NCBI GenBank assembly: GCA_947628825.1
Contig: CANRBH010000002.1
Coordinates: 8,626-72,625 of the forward strand
Source: an uncultured Clostridia bacterium
GTDB taxonomy: Bacteria > Bacillota > Clostridia > TANB77 > CAG-508
Length of the DNA: 64,000 bases
Direction: 5' to 3'
Shown: piece after piece, positions 11,151 through 21,063 of the stretch
How positions within the stretch are numbered: the stretch's first letter is position 1
Layout: every line of letters begins with the position of its first letter
The notes under the pieces: generated by a model
Told to the model about the DNA's origin: nothing
What the model saw: only the letters and a program-made list of their open reading frames with translations
The model's database searches: none
Translations under genes and position numbers: made by a program

Positions 11151-11825
11151 ATGCCAAGAACAAAATTAAAAGATAGAGTGCTTCCGAAATACACAAAGGG
11201 AGAAGAAATATTTAACATGGTTACACATATTGTTGGAGGTTCTCTTGGTATAATAGGAATGATAGTTTGCTTAGTACTATCAATAATCCATAAAAATGGA
11301 TATGCAATAGTAGGAAGTTTAATATATGGTATATCAATGATATTTTTATATACAATGTCAAGCATTTATCACGGTTTACATCCAAACTTAAAAGCAAAAA
11401 AAGTCATGCAAATAATGGACCATTGCACAATATATATATTAATTGCAGGAACATATACCCCAATACTATTGAGTTCAATAAGACAAGTAGACCCAGTAGC
11501 TGCTTGGATAATGTTTGCAATAGTATGGATATTGGCGATAGTCGGAATAGTATTCACAGCAATAGATTTAAAACAATACAAAGTATTTTCAATGGTATGT
11601 TATATAGTTATGGGATGGCTTATAATATTTAGAATGGATTTACTAATTAAAGCAATAGGAATGAATGGAATGCTATTAATACTAGCAGGAGGAATAGTTT
11701 ATACTTTAGGAACTATTTTTTATGGAATAGGTAGAACAAAAAAATATATGCATTCAATGTTTCATTTATTTGTAGTTTTGGCAACTTTGCTACAACTATT
11801 AGCAATTATTTTATATGTTGTATAA
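11151..11825 (+). CDS. Hemolysin III / PAQR family membrane protein
   Basis: 224 aa with seven predicted TM segments; EEIFNMVTH, SSIYH and MDHCTIY motifs. Confidence 0.85.
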   Translation: MPRTKLKDRVLPKYTKGEEIFNMVTHIVGGSLGIIGMIVCLVLSIIHKNGYAIVGSLIYGISMIFLYTMSSIYHGLHPNLKAKKVMQIMDHCTIYILIAGTYTPILLSSIRQVDPVAAWIMFAIVWILAIVGIVFTAIDLKQYKVFSMVCYIVMGWLIIFRMDLLIKAIGMNGMLLILAGGIVYTLGTIFYGIGRTKKYMHSMFHLFVVLATLLQLLAIILYVV

Positions 11826-12089
11826 ATTATTTTTATTATAAAAAAATTTATCTTCAAATGTAGTAATGAACTTTTTTAGAATATAGTTATTTACATAATT
11901 ATAAAATTTATGGTATAATAAAGTTGTTATTTATAATTAAAATTTAATAATAATAAAAATGTTATAGTAATGAAATATAAAAGATGTTGAAAAATAGTAA
12001 ATATTATGAAATAATATAAATTATAAAAGAAAATTAGTTTAAAAAATCAATTTATCATTAAGCAAAGCAAGAAAGGAATGAAATTTTAA

Positions 12090-13841
12090 ATGAAAGCAAT
12101 AGAAATAAGAAATAAATACTTAGAATTCTTTAAAAATCATAATCATAAAGTTATACCAAGTGCACCACTAATACCAGAAAATGATCCATCAGTATTATTT
12201 ACAACAGCTGGTATGCAACCATTAGTACCATATCTTTTAGGACAAAAACATCCTGAGGGAACTAGACTTACAGATTATCAAAAATGTCTACGTACTAATG
12301 ATATAGAAGAAGTTGGAGATAATAGACACTTAACTTGTTTTGAAATGCTTGGAAACTGGTCATTAGGAGATTACTTTAAAGAAGAATCGATAGCAATGAG
12401 TTATGAATTTCTAACAAAAGTATTAGAAATTCCAAGTGAAAAAATAAGTGTTACTTGCTTTGCAGGAGATGAAGATTGTCCAAGAGATAATTTAACAGCA
12501 GAAAGTTGGAAAAAAGCAGGAATTCCAGAAGAAAGAATTTATTTTTATGGAAAAGAAGATAATTGGTGGATTGCAGGTGAAGAAGGACCATGTGGACCAG
12601 ATACAGAGATGTTCTATGATACTGGAAAAGAGCCATGTTCACCAGATTGTCAACCATCTTGTGGTTGTGGTAAATATGTTGAAATATGGAACAATGTATT
12701 TATGGAATACTTAAAGAAAGATGGTAAATATACTAAGTTAGCACAACAAAATGTTGATACAGGACTTGGATTAGAGAGAATGACAATGATTCTTGAAAAT
12801 AAAGAGACTCCATTTGATACAGAGATTTTCAAGCCTGTTATGGATGAGCTTGAAAAACTAGCAAAGAAAGATGATATAGCTAGTAGAAGATTAGTTGCAG
12901 AACATCTAAGAGCAAGCATAATGGTTATTGCAGATGGAGGAAGACCAAGCAATATAGATAGGGGTTATATTTTAAGAAGACTAATTCGTAGAATGACAAG
13001 ACACTTGAATAAGCTTGAAATAGATCTTGATGAATTACCAAACTTAATAGAATTAAATATTGAAACTCTTAAAGAATTATATCCGGAATTATTAAACAAA
13101 AAAGAAGAATGTAAAGAAGTTATAGTACAAGAAAAAGATAAGTTTATGAGAACTTTAATCCGTGGAGAAAGAGAATTTGAGAAAGTTGTAAATAAAATTA
13201 AAGCAGAAGGAAAAGATACAATAGATAGTGAAAATATATTTAAACTTTATGAAACCTATGGATTTCCACCTGAAGTTAGTAAGGACTTAGCAGAAGAAAA
13301 TGGACTAAAAGTAAATATGGATGAAGTAGATAAATTATTTAAGATGCATCAAGATAAATCAAGACTAGGAAGTGAGCAAAAATTTAAAGGTGGATTAGCA
13401 GGAACAGGAGAGCAAGAGATAAAATATCATACAGCAACACATCTTTTAAATGCTGCTCTTAAAGTTGTTATAAACAAAGATGTACATCAAAGAGGTTCAA
13501 ATATTACATCAGAAAGAATGAGATTTGATTTCAGTTGCGACCACAAACTTTCAGATGATGAAAAGAAACAAGTTGAAGATTTAGTAAATAAATGGATACA
13601 AGAAGATTTAACAGTAACAGTGGAAACAATGAAAAAAGAAGATGCAATAAAATCGGGAGCAGAATGTATGTTTATAGAAAAATATCCTGATGATGTTACA
13701 GTATACTCAATAGGAGAAGTTTCAAAAGAACTATGTGGAGGACCACATGTAAAACATACGGGAGAATTAGGACATTTTAAAATTATAAAAGAAGAAGCCT
13801 CATCAAGTGGAGTAAGAAGAATCAAAGCAATTTTGGAATAA
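12090..13841 (+). CDS. Short alanine--tRNA ligase-like protein (catalytic + editing domains, no C-Ala domain)
   Basis: N-terminus FTTAGMQP, FEMLGNWS and WNNVFMEY is class II AlaRS. HTATHLL and CGGPHV are editing-domain motifs. Only 583 aa versus ~870 for canonical AlaS. Confidence 0.8.
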   Translation: MKAIEIRNKYLEFFKNHNHKVIPSAPLIPENDPSVLFTTAGMQPLVPYLLGQKHPEGTRLTDYQKCLRTNDIEEVGDNRHLTCFEMLGNWSLGDYFKEESIAMSYEFLTKVLEIPSEKISVTCFAGDEDCPRDNLTAESWKKAGIPEERIYFYGKEDNWWIAGEEGPCGPDTEMFYDTGKEPCSPDCQPSCGCGKYVEIWNNVFMEYLKKDGKYTKLAQQNVDTGLGLERMTMILENKETPFDTEIFKPVMDELEKLAKKDDIASRRLVAEHLRASIMVIADGGRPSNIDRGYILRRLIRRMTRHLNKLEIDLDELPNLIELNIETLKELYPELLNKKEECKEVIVQEKDKFMRTLIRGEREFEKVVNKIKAEGKDTIDSENIFKLYETYGFPPEVSKDLAEENGLKVNMDEVDKLFKMHQDKSRLGSEQKFKGGLAGTGEQEIKYHTATHLLNAALKVVINKDVHQRGSNITSERMRFDFSCDHKLSDDEKKQVEDLVNKWIQEDLTVTVETMKKEDAIKSGAECMFIEKYPDDVTVYSIGEVSKELCGGPHVKHTGELGHFKIIKEEASSSGVRRIKAILE

Positions 13842-13926
13842 AAATATTTGAATGAAATAAGGTTGTATAATAATACAGTAGAAAAATAAAATTTTATATG
13901 CTATAATTAGAATATAGGAGATAGAA

Positions 13927-14610
13927 ATGGGAGAAAAGAAATATAATAAAGTTTTAACTATTATATTAGTAATTGTTGTAATTGCTATATTTGTGATATT
14001 AGGCTTTTGGGGATATGACATTTATCAAAAATATTATATTAACTCAGGGCTTAATGAAGCAGTAGGTGAATTTGATAACAGAATTGCACATATTAGGAAT
14101 AGAGTTGAAAATGACACAGTAGTAAACGATGTTGAATTAAATATTGATGTAAATGAAATTCAAAATACAGCAAGCGGAGGAAGCTCATCAAATAATAGAG
14201 TGGCAAGACAAACATATAAAGGATATGCAGTAGTTGGAAAAATAGAAATTCCAGCAATAAAAGTTAACTACCCAGTACTTGATAGAACAACAGAACCATC
14301 AATGAAAGTTTCTGTTGGTGTACTATATGGAGTAGGACTTAATAAAGTTGGAAATACTGTTATTGCAGGACATAACTATAGAAATGGAACATTTTTCTCA
14401 AATAATAAAAATTTGAAAAATGGTGATTTAATTTATATAACAGACTTAGAAGGAACAAGAATAAAATACACAATATATAACATATATCATACAACATCAA
14501 GTGACTTTGAGTATGCAAGTAGAGATACAGCAGGAAAAAGAGAAGTTTCACTTACAACATGTACAGATGATGTAAATGCTAGACTTATTATTTGGGCAAA
14601 AGAAGACTAA
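13927..14610 (+). CDS. Sortase (membrane-anchored transpeptidase)
   Basis: N-terminal TM, AGHN.. motif, catalytic LTTCT (TLxTC) and conserved R near the C-terminus. Confidence 0.8.
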   Translation: MGEKKYNKVLTIILVIVVIAIFVILGFWGYDIYQKYYINSGLNEAVGEFDNRIAHIRNRVENDTVVNDVELNIDVNEIQNTASGGSSSNNRVARQTYKGYAVVGKIEIPAIKVNYPVLDRTTEPSMKVSVGVLYGVGLNKVGNTVIAGHNYRNGTFFSNNKNLKNGDLIYITDLEGTRIKYTIYNIYHTTSSDFEYASRDTAGKREVSLTTCTDDVNARLIIWAKED

Positions 14611-14679
14611 TTTAAAAATAACAGTTGACATTATTAAAAAAATGGGGTAAAATAAATATGTTGCTTATAGCACGAATAT

Positions 14680-14757
14680 GGTGGATTTAGCGTAGTTGGT
14701 TAACGCGCCAGTTTGTGGCACTGGAGACCATGGGTTCGAGTCCCATATTCCACCCCA
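14680..14757 (+). tRNA. tRNA-His (GUG) with G-1, CCA encoded
   Basis: G GTGGATT TA GCGT..AACGC ..CAGTT TGTGGC ACTGG ... ATGGG TTCGAGT CCCAT ATTCCAC C CCA. The extra 5' G pairs with C73. Confidence 0.9.
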
Positions 14758-14844
14758 TTATATATTGAGCTGTAGCTGCTGAGACTGTGCGAAACAAAGT
14801 GAGCTACAGTGTCAGTATGCAAAAGCCACATTAACATTAAACAC

Positions 14845-14919
14845 TGGGCTGTAGCCAAGCGGTAAGGCACATGACTTTGACTCATGCATGCGCTAGTTCG
14901 AATCTAGCCAGCCCAACCA
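14845..14919 (+). tRNA. tRNA-Gln (UUG), CCA encoded
   Basis: TGGGCTG TA GCCAAGCGGTAAGGCA CATGA CTTTGAC TCATG ... CTAGT TCGAATC TAGCC? CAGCCCA A CCA; typical Gln cloverleaf. Confidence 0.9.
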
Positions 14920-14927
14920 AATTGTTA

Positions 14928-14975
14928 AAACCATACAAGTATTGAGATATCAATATTTTGTATGGTTTGTTTTTA
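14928..14975 (+). terminator. Rho-independent terminator of the tRNA His-Gln unit
   Basis: AAACCATACAA / TTGTATGGTTT 11-bp stem followed by GTTTTT. Confidence 0.75.
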
Positions 14976-14977
14976 TT

Positions 14978-15003
14978 AAAGTAATGCAATAGTAATGCAA
15001 TAG
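14978..15003. repeat. attL core (direct repeat with 63831-63857)
   Basis: AAAGTAATGCAATAGTAATGCAATAG, itself a tandem of GTAATGCAATA. It recurs with one extra A at the right prophage end. The integrase gene starts 6 nt away. Confidence 0.8.
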
Positions 15004-15008
15004 CATTT

Positions 15009-16197
15009 TTAATTTATCTTTTTTAATTCTTCAATCATAAAATCATTAGATATAGAAGTATAAACATCTGAAGTAATAGAACTTCCTTTAGTATGTCCTA
15101 CTAAATTTTGTATTACTTTAGGAAATATTCCTTTTTCTACGCATCTTGTTATAAATGTGTGTCTTAATCGATGTGAATGAATAGATCCTTCTACAATATG
15201 ATATTTAGAATTTATTCTTTTTAAATAAGAATTTATTTCAGTAGGAGTAATGTATGTTTGCTTTTGATTATCCCAGAATAATAATCCATTTATATTTGTT
15301 GTTTTTTGGTTTAATATTTTTTCTATTAAATCCTTTACAGTAGTGCTCATAGGAAATGTTCTTTTTCCTTTGTCAATTCCAGATGTTCTTTTATAAGTTT
15401 TTGTATGTTCTCCCATAATAACATGAAAATTATCATCTTGTGTAAGAGTACGATATATTGTAAGAGTATTATTTTTTAAATCAATACAATCTTTGCTTAA
15501 TGCTAATACTTCTCCAATACGCATACCTGTATAAAGCTGGAGTAAAATGATATCCCTATATTTATGGCTATATTCTTGATTGTTTAAAACATTTACTAAT
15601 TTATTTTCTTCTTCGATAGTTAATGCTTCGATTTTCTTTTCTGGTATTTGAGAAATAGGTTTAGTTAAAGTTTCATCTAACATTATATTAAAAGATATTT
15701 TTCTTCTTGAATTTGCAATTTGAAATGTTTTACTAATTAGTATCCACATTTTGCTGATAACGGCATTTGAGTACCTTCGCATTTCTTCTTTACTATCTTC
15801 AATATCTTCGACTCTTATTTTTTGAATAGGTTTATTGATAAAATTGCTACAAGTATTTTCTATTTGCTTTATTGTAGATAATTCTCTACCATAAGACCTA
15901 TCAGAAGTAATGCCATCTTTATGTTTTTGTTCAACATATTTTTTTAATATTTCGATAAAAGTATCTTTACTTTTTTCAATATAAGTACCAGTATTTAATT
16001 TTTCTTTTGTTGATGTAACTCTTTTTCTAAAATCTCTTTCACTTTCATTTCTCTTTTGTCTTAATGTTTGTCTTTTTCCATTAGGTTCTGTGTATTGAAA
16101 TATAAAACGACCTAATGTTTCACTTTTGTAAAAACTTCCGTTCACCATTGGCTACAGCCTTTGGCTTTCCATTTTTTGGTTTCTTTTCATTTTCCAT
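15009..16197 (-). CDS. int: Tyrosine integrase; N-terminus (ATG 16197 with AAAGGAG SD) joins the main frame only via +1 at CGG-A (16140-16137)
   Basis: C-terminal R..HRLRHT..LVGH..Y catalytic pattern. The upstream frame MENEKKPKNGKPKAVANGE ends in CGG A. The +1 frame continues GSFYKSETLGRF... Confidence 0.85.
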
Positions 16198-16342
16198 AAT
16201 AAAAACTCCTTTCATATTACACCGAAAAAGGAGTTGCATTTTAAATATAAATGTTGTATAATTAAAATACAGATACCTTTTATAGGTGTTTGTTTGACTT
16301 ATGATAGTGTGTTTAGTTTGTGAGACGACACACTATCGTTTT

Positions 16343-17302
16343 TTAATTTATGTCTGTTATAGCACAGATAACTTTTCCTATAATTTCAATTTTTATTTTT
16401 TGTGGATTATATATTTGAACTTGATGTTCTGGATTAGAAGACATAGGTTCTAATATAATTAAATTATTTTCTTCTTTGAATCTTTTTACAGTTGCATCAT
16501 CTCCATTTACTCTAATAACTCCAATTTGTCCATTTTCTAATTCAGGTTGTTTTTGAACTAATAATAAGCAACCATCTGGAAATTTCAAATTCATACTATC
16601 TCCTTGAACTCTTAGAAAGAAATAATCATATCCTTGTTGAATTTTAGAAGAAGGTGCATACATATATCCCTCAATATTTTCTATTGCTAAAAGAGGCAAT
16701 CCTGCACTTATTTTACCTAATACAGGATATTTTTGAGGAGTATCAGCAGTAGGAAATACATTACTTTGCTCTTTATGAAGAATCTTATTCTTATCTAAAC
16801 TTTTCAATAAATTTAAAAACGCTGTATCTATAGGTTTATATAAATTATCTAATTCATCAATTTCTTCATCTGTAAAATCTTTTTTATAAAATGTATTCAA
16901 ATTATTTAATTTTTCATTTTTTGAATAACCAACTTTTAAATAATCTTCATATATTTGAAATAAAATAATCCAAATTTCATCTATTCTAGTATTCCCAGTA
17001 GGCAAATGCAATTTTTCTGCTTTTATTGCATTTTCAATATATAAAGAATATTCTTCTTCTGTTAAATTCAATTTAGAAAGGTAATCTTCAATTTCTTTTT
17101 TTGGATTTTCTATTGTTGTATTCCCTAAAATGTAATCAGTAGAAACATTAAAAATATTACTTAGTTTTACTAATGTATCTACACTAGGCAATCTACTGCC
17201 ATTTTCAAGCATTGCTATTGTGCTTTTAGATAGTTGCATTTTATCAGCCAATTCTTGTTGGGTATAACCGAAACTAGTTCGTAATTTTTTTATATTATTC
17301 AA
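16343..17302 (-). CDS. CI-like repressor (XRE HTH + long linker + S24/LexA-type peptidase domain)
   Basis: N-terminal YTQQELADKMQLSKSTIAMLENG HTH. C-terminal ..GDSMN.. and ..VKRF.. S24 autoprotease motifs. Divergent from a cro-like gene. Confidence 0.85.
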   Translation of the reverse strand: MNNIKKLRTSFGYTQQELADKMQLSKSTIAMLENGSRLPSVDTLVKLSNIFNVSTDYILGNTTIENPKKEIEDYLSKLNLTEEEYSLYIENAIKAEKLHLPTGNTRIDEIWIILFQIYEDYLKVGYSKNEKLNNLNTFYKKDFTDEEIDELDNLYKPIDTAFLNLLKSLDKNKILHKEQSNVFPTADTPQKYPVLGKISAGLPLLAIENIEGYMYAPSSKIQQGYDYFFLRVQGDSMNLKFPDGCLLLVQKQPELENGQIGVIRVNGDDATVKRFKEENNLIILEPMSSNPEHQVQIYNPQKIKIEIIGKVICAITDIN

Positions 17303-17386
17303 AAATTTTTACACCTCTTTTCTGTTGATATAACTACATTGTAGCACACAATCAGTGAACTGTCAAGAAAAATCTTAAAAAAAGTA

Positions 17387-17415
17387 TTGACAAAGTTCGC
17401 TCACAGTGATATTAT
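17387..17415 (+). promoter_or_regulatory. Early rightward sigma-A promoter with CAGTGAAC operator boxes
   Basis: TTGACA (17387-17392), 17 nt, TATTAT (17410-17415). CAGTGAAC at 17353-17360 and 17421-17428, and CACAGTGA at 17402-17409. Confidence 0.7.
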
Positions 17416-17446
17416 ACATACAGTGAACAAGAAAGGAGATGAAAAA

Positions 17447-17638
17447 ATGCAAAACAGATTGAAAGAATTTAGAAATTCTATTAACAAAACTCAACTAGAA
17501 ATAGCAAATATTTGGGGAATTTCACTCTCTTTTTATAAACAAATTGAATGTGGAGCTAAAAATCCAAGTATCCAGACAATAAAAAAATTTAAAGAAAAAT
17601 TTCCAACAGCAGATACTAATAAAATTTTTTTTACTTAA
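17447..17638 (+). CDS. Cro-like XRE-family HTH regulator
   Basis: ATG at 17447 lies 8 nt after AAAGGAG. KTQLEIANIWGISLSFYKQIECG HTH. The track start (TTG 17387) is the -35 box. Confidence 0.75.
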   Translation: MQNRLKEFRNSINKTQLEIANIWGISLSFYKQIECGAKNPSIQTIKKFKEKFPTADTNKIFFT

Positions 17639-17678
17639 TAAGTTCACACACAGTAAACAAAGGGCGAAGGAGAAAAAA

Positions 17679-17879
17679 ATGAATATTCAAGAAAAGATAA
17701 AAGATTTAATGCAAAAAAAAGAATTAAAAAATCTAAAACAGCTATCAATAAATTGTGAAATACCATATACAACATTAAGGAGTATTATGCTTGATGGAGT
17801 TTCTGATATTAGAGTAAGTACATTAATCAAATTAGCTAAATTTTTTGAAGTATCTACAGATTATATTTTAGGATTTTAA
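17679..17879 (+). CDS. Small HTH protein
   Basis: 66 aa; LKQLSINCEIPYTTLRSIMLDG HTH-like; SD GAAGGAG. Confidence 0.6.
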   Translation: MNIQEKIKDLMQKKELKNLKQLSINCEIPYTTLRSIMLDGVSDIRVSTLIKLAKFFEVSTDYILGF

Positions 17880-17987
17880 TTTATAAGGAGGTGAAAGAAA
17901 TGAAAAGTTTTGTAATCAAATGTAAAGCAAAAGACTTAATGAAACAATTAAAGAAAATCAAAATTAAATAGAAAGGAGGTATAACAA

Positions 17988-18201
17988 ATGGAAGAAAAAA
18001 CAATACCTAAAAGGACAGATAAAGTAATATTAACACCAGAAGACATTGTTGCAGAATATCGGAATATCATTACCAGCAGTTTACAAAATATTTAAAAGCC
18101 CTAATCTACCAGTTCAAAGATTTACAAAACCATATCTTGTAAAAAGAGATAAGTTTGAAGAATTTTTTAATGTAGCACACGATGAATTAGGAATTTTATA
18201 A
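17988..18201 (+). CDS. Excisionase-like HTH protein, continuous only with +1 at CGG-A (18060-18063)
   Basis: MEEKTIPKRTDKVILTPEDIVAEY, then CGG A. The +1 frame gives GISLPAVYKIFKSPNLPVQRFTKPYLVKRDKFEEFF, the classic Xis/MerR-like HTH_17 pattern. Confidence 0.6.
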
Positions 18202-18217
18202 AAAGAAAGGAGATATT

Positions 18218-18499
18218 ATGTTCAATTTATCAAAAAAATTAAAAATAAAAGAAGAAAGAATTAAAAATCTAGAAGAGGTTAGTGAAATAAAACAAAATAG
18301 AATCCATGAACTAATTGATCAATTATATTCAGACAAAAAGGAACTTATAGATGATTTTATTTTAATCTTAGAACAAATCCAAGAAACAAACAACGAAAAT
18401 TTACAATGGAAAAAGAGACAAACAATTATAAGAAATGAAATAACTTTAGCTTTAGGAAATTATGAACAAAAATTAGTGGAATTAAAAGAAAAATTCTAA
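18218..18499 (+). CDS. Hypothetical coiled-coil protein
   Basis: ORF with AAAGGAG SD; 93 aa. Confidence 0.5.
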   Translation: MFNLSKKLKIKEERIKNLEEVSEIKQNRIHELIDQLYSDKKELIDDFILILEQIQETNNENLQWKKRQTIIRNEITLALGNYEQKLVELKEKF

Positions 18500-18594
18500 T
18501 AATTCCACAAGTAAGTTTATGTAATATGTTCAATTAAAATTATAAAACAAAAATATAAAAAAGTCAAACAAATTCTTATGAAAGGAAAGATGAG

Positions 18595-18837
18595 ATGGAT
18601 TATTTAGACTATTTAAGTTTGAAAGAAATGGAAAATCAAATATTAGAACCACCAGAAGATAAAATATATTGTTACTGTAATAACTGTGGTGAAGAAATAT
18701 ATGAAGGCGAAGATTGTTATGATGTAGGAGAACCATTATCAGGAGAAAATCTTATATGTGAAAAATGTTTTGATGAAAAACAGGCAAAAGAAAAAGAAGA
18801 TTGCAAAAGAATTGCAGGTGATGATGATGGAAATTAA
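18595..18837 (+). CDS. Hypothetical zinc-ribbon protein
   Basis: CYCNNCGEE...CEKC cysteine pairs; 80 aa. Confidence 0.5.
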   Translation: MDYLDYLSLKEMENQILEPPEDKIYCYCNNCGEEIYEGEDCYDVGEPLSGENLICEKCFDEKQAKEKEDCKRIAGDDDGN

Positions 18838-19000
18838 AGATATGTCAAATGAATATCTGATGAGACTTTTAATAGGAGAAAAAAGAGAAATAAAAATACA
18901 TCAAAGTACAGTAAAGCAAATAGAAGATGAACTAAACAAAAGATTTGATAATGGTACTTTGGTGGAAAGAAAGGAAAAAGAAAATGGAAAGAACATATGA
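18821..19000 (+). CDS. Hypothetical protein
   Basis: ATG cluster at 18821-18829 overlaps the previous stop; the track ORF start (18758) lies inside the previous gene. Confidence 0.4.
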   Translation: MMMEIKDMSNEYLMRLLIGEKREIKIHQSTVKQIEDELNKRFDNGTLVERKEKENGKNI

Positions 19001-19661
19001 GGATTACAATACAAAATGTTTATATTTTAAGGACAATCTTGAAAATTATCAATTATTAGGAACACCAGAAAAAGTAGAATATAATGAAAGCTTGGTTTTC
19101 GAACCAACCGTGGATATAACAATAAATAATCCACAAAATATAAAACAATATATGTTAGAGAATTTAAAAAATAAAAAACAATATGAAAAAACAAATTTAA
19201 GCGAAACAAAAATAACATTATCACTTCCAGAACGATACATAATCAATGAAAACGCAACAATCTTATTCTGGAAAAATGGAGAAAAGACAATTGTAAAAAG
19301 ATGTGCTGATGATGAGTTCAATCCAAGATTAGCATTTCTAACAGCCTTTTGGCAACATTACTGTGGAATGAGCAAGAATAAGGCTAATAAATATTTAGCA
19401 AATTTGCAAGTGGAAGAAGTAAAAGAAAAAGAGAAGAAGGAAGAAAAAAAACAAATAGACCCTGAGCGTATGGAAGAAGAAACAGAATTTAAGGTTGGAG
19501 ATATGGTAGAAGTAACAGAAGAATTTGATTATTCTAAAAAAGGTTGGATAGGTAAAATTACAGAAGTAGTTAATCAAAATACTATTAAAGTTAAATATAA
19601 TGATGACAATGAATGGTGGATAAACGGCAGTAGACTAAAACTAATTAAGGAGGGAAAATAG
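18984..19661 (+). CDS. Hypothetical early protein
   Basis: Start MERTYEDY after GAAAGGAAAAAG; ~225 aa. Confidence 0.5.
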   Translation: MERTYEDYNTKCLYFKDNLENYQLLGTPEKVEYNESLVFEPTVDITINNPQNIKQYMLENLKNKKQYEKTNLSETKITLSLPERYIINENATILFWKNGEKTIVKRCADDEFNPRLAFLTAFWQHYCGMSKNKANKYLANLQVEEVKEKEKKEEKKQIDPERMEEETEFKVGDMVEVTEEFDYSKKGWIGKITEVVNQNTIKVKYNDDNEWWINGSRLKLIKEGK

Positions 19662-20369
19662 ATGGAACTTAAATTTAGAAATCTTAATGCAGATGAGATA
19701 GAAGTTCGTGTAGGAAATGTAGCAAAAGATAAAACTTGGATAAGTTTATTATTATATCAAAATAGTAGAGTAGCAATGGATTTATTAGATGAGGTTGTAG
19801 GAAAAGAAAATTGGAAAAGAGAACATTCAAGAGATAATGCAAATTGTACTATTTCAATATGGGATAAAGAAAAACAACAATGGGTAGGTAAAGAAGATAC
19901 AGGAGTAGAAAGTTTTTCAGACAAAGAAAAAGGATTAGCGAGTGATAGCTTTAAAAGAAGTGCTGTAAATTGGGGTATTGGTAGGTCATTGTATTCTGCA
20001 CCTAATATCTACTTATATGGAAATTCAGACCAATTAAAGAATGTAAAATATTCTGTAAAAGAAATAGGGTATGATGAAAACGACAAAATAAATAGACTTG
20101 TTATAACAGACTTTAAGGGGAATGTTGTATTTACATATCCAAAAGCAAATACAAATAATAAACCGCAAAATACATATCAAAAGCCAGTACAACAAGCTCC
20201 GAAACTAATATCAGAAGCACAACGCAAAAGATTATTTGCTATTGCGAACGGAAACAATGAAGTAGTTAAACGAGTATTAGAAAGACATGAATATGAAAAA
20301 ACAGAACAAATAAAAATAATTGATTATGAAAAAATCTGCGATGAAATAGAAGCAGAAATAAATTTATAG
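19662..20369 (+). CDS. Rad52/Sak-family single-strand annealing protein
   Basis: ..LLLYQNSRVAMDLLDEVVGKENWKRE...GVESFSDKEKGLASDSFKRSAVNWGIGRSLY matches the phage Sak/Rad52 pattern. Confidence 0.7.
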   Translation: MELKFRNLNADEIEVRVGNVAKDKTWISLLLYQNSRVAMDLLDEVVGKENWKREHSRDNANCTISIWDKEKQQWVGKEDTGVESFSDKEKGLASDSFKRSAVNWGIGRSLYSAPNIYLYGNSDQLKNVKYSVKEIGYDENDKINRLVITDFKGNVVFTYPKANTNNKPQNTYQKPVQQAPKLISEAQRKRLFAIANGNNEVVKRVLERHEYEKTEQIKIIDYEKICDEIEAEINL

Positions 20370-20383
20370 GAGGAATAAATAAT

Positions 20384-20635
20384 ATGGATACAATGAAAGA
20401 AAAAATAGAAAAAGCAGAAAAACAACATGAAGCTTTTGGAATGTTCTTTGATTTATTAGCACAATCAGGAGAACCAAGATTTATTTATAACAAAAAGCTT
20501 TTTGATTTTAGAGAAAAGTTATCTAACTTAACTACAGATGAAAAAGTTACAAATGAACAATTCGAAAAATTAAACAATTTAATCGACCAATTTACTAAAT
20601 TAGTTGATGATATTTTAAAGGAGGATAACCAATGA
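20384..20635 (+). CDS. Hypothetical protein
   Basis: 83 aa; AGGAGG SD. Confidence 0.5.
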   Translation: MDTMKEKIEKAEKQHEAFGMFFDLLAQSGEPRFIYNKKLFDFREKLSNLTTDEKVTNEQFEKLNNLIDQFTKLVDDILKEDNQ

Positions 20636-21042
20636 ATATATCAGGTGAAGCAAGAATTTTAAAAGATGATAGAGGCGTTTATAAAACAACACTTGCAACA
20701 AAAGTAATTGATGAAAATGGAGAAGAAAAAACTATATTTACAAAAGTAAATGTTGGGTTCAAAAAAGGTATTGAAGTAAAAAATAAAACAAAAATAAATA
20801 TAACAAATGGCTTTTTAACATTTTTTAGAATACCAACAGATGAAACAAGAGAAGATGGTACAACTATCAATAAAGACTTTCTAAAAATCGTAATAATGGA
20901 TTTTGAGGTACTTGAAGAAGGAACAGATGAAGTTTATTCTTCTAAACCTAAAAAAAACGTAGAAAACGATTCTGACGACAATGGAATATATCAAGATTTA
21001 TATGATAGTTCAAATATCGCTTTTGATGAACTTCCATTTTAA
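20632..21042 (+). CDS. SSB-like protein with acidic C-terminal tip
   Basis: Beta-rich N-terminal part and acidic tail ending DELPF, as in the SSB C-terminal DDD(I/L)PF tip. Sits next to the recombinase. Confidence 0.5.
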   Translation: MNISGEARILKDDRGVYKTTLATKVIDENGEEKTIFTKVNVGFKKGIEVKNKTKINITNGFLTFFRIPTDETREDGTTINKDFLKIVIMDFEVLEEGTDEVYSSKPKKNVENDSDDNGIYQDLYDSSNIAFDELPF

Positions 21043-21063
21043 AAATAAGGAGGAAAAATAATT

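Noticed and set aside
11826-12089. T-box riboswitch upstream of the AlaRS-like gene.
   Set aside because: The leader is almost pure AT, with no specifier hairpin, no conserved T-box sequence and no terminator/antiterminator pair.
14758-14844. 87-nt spacer between tRNA-His and tRNA-Gln with an imperfect hairpin (GCTGTAGCT / AGCTACAGT).
   Set aside because: No tRNA-like or known ncRNA features; most likely a processing spacer.
17387-17446. Track start (TTG 17387) of the cro-like ORF.
   Set aside because: The TTG is the first triplet of the TTGACA -35 box. The real start is ATG 17447 behind AAAGGAG.
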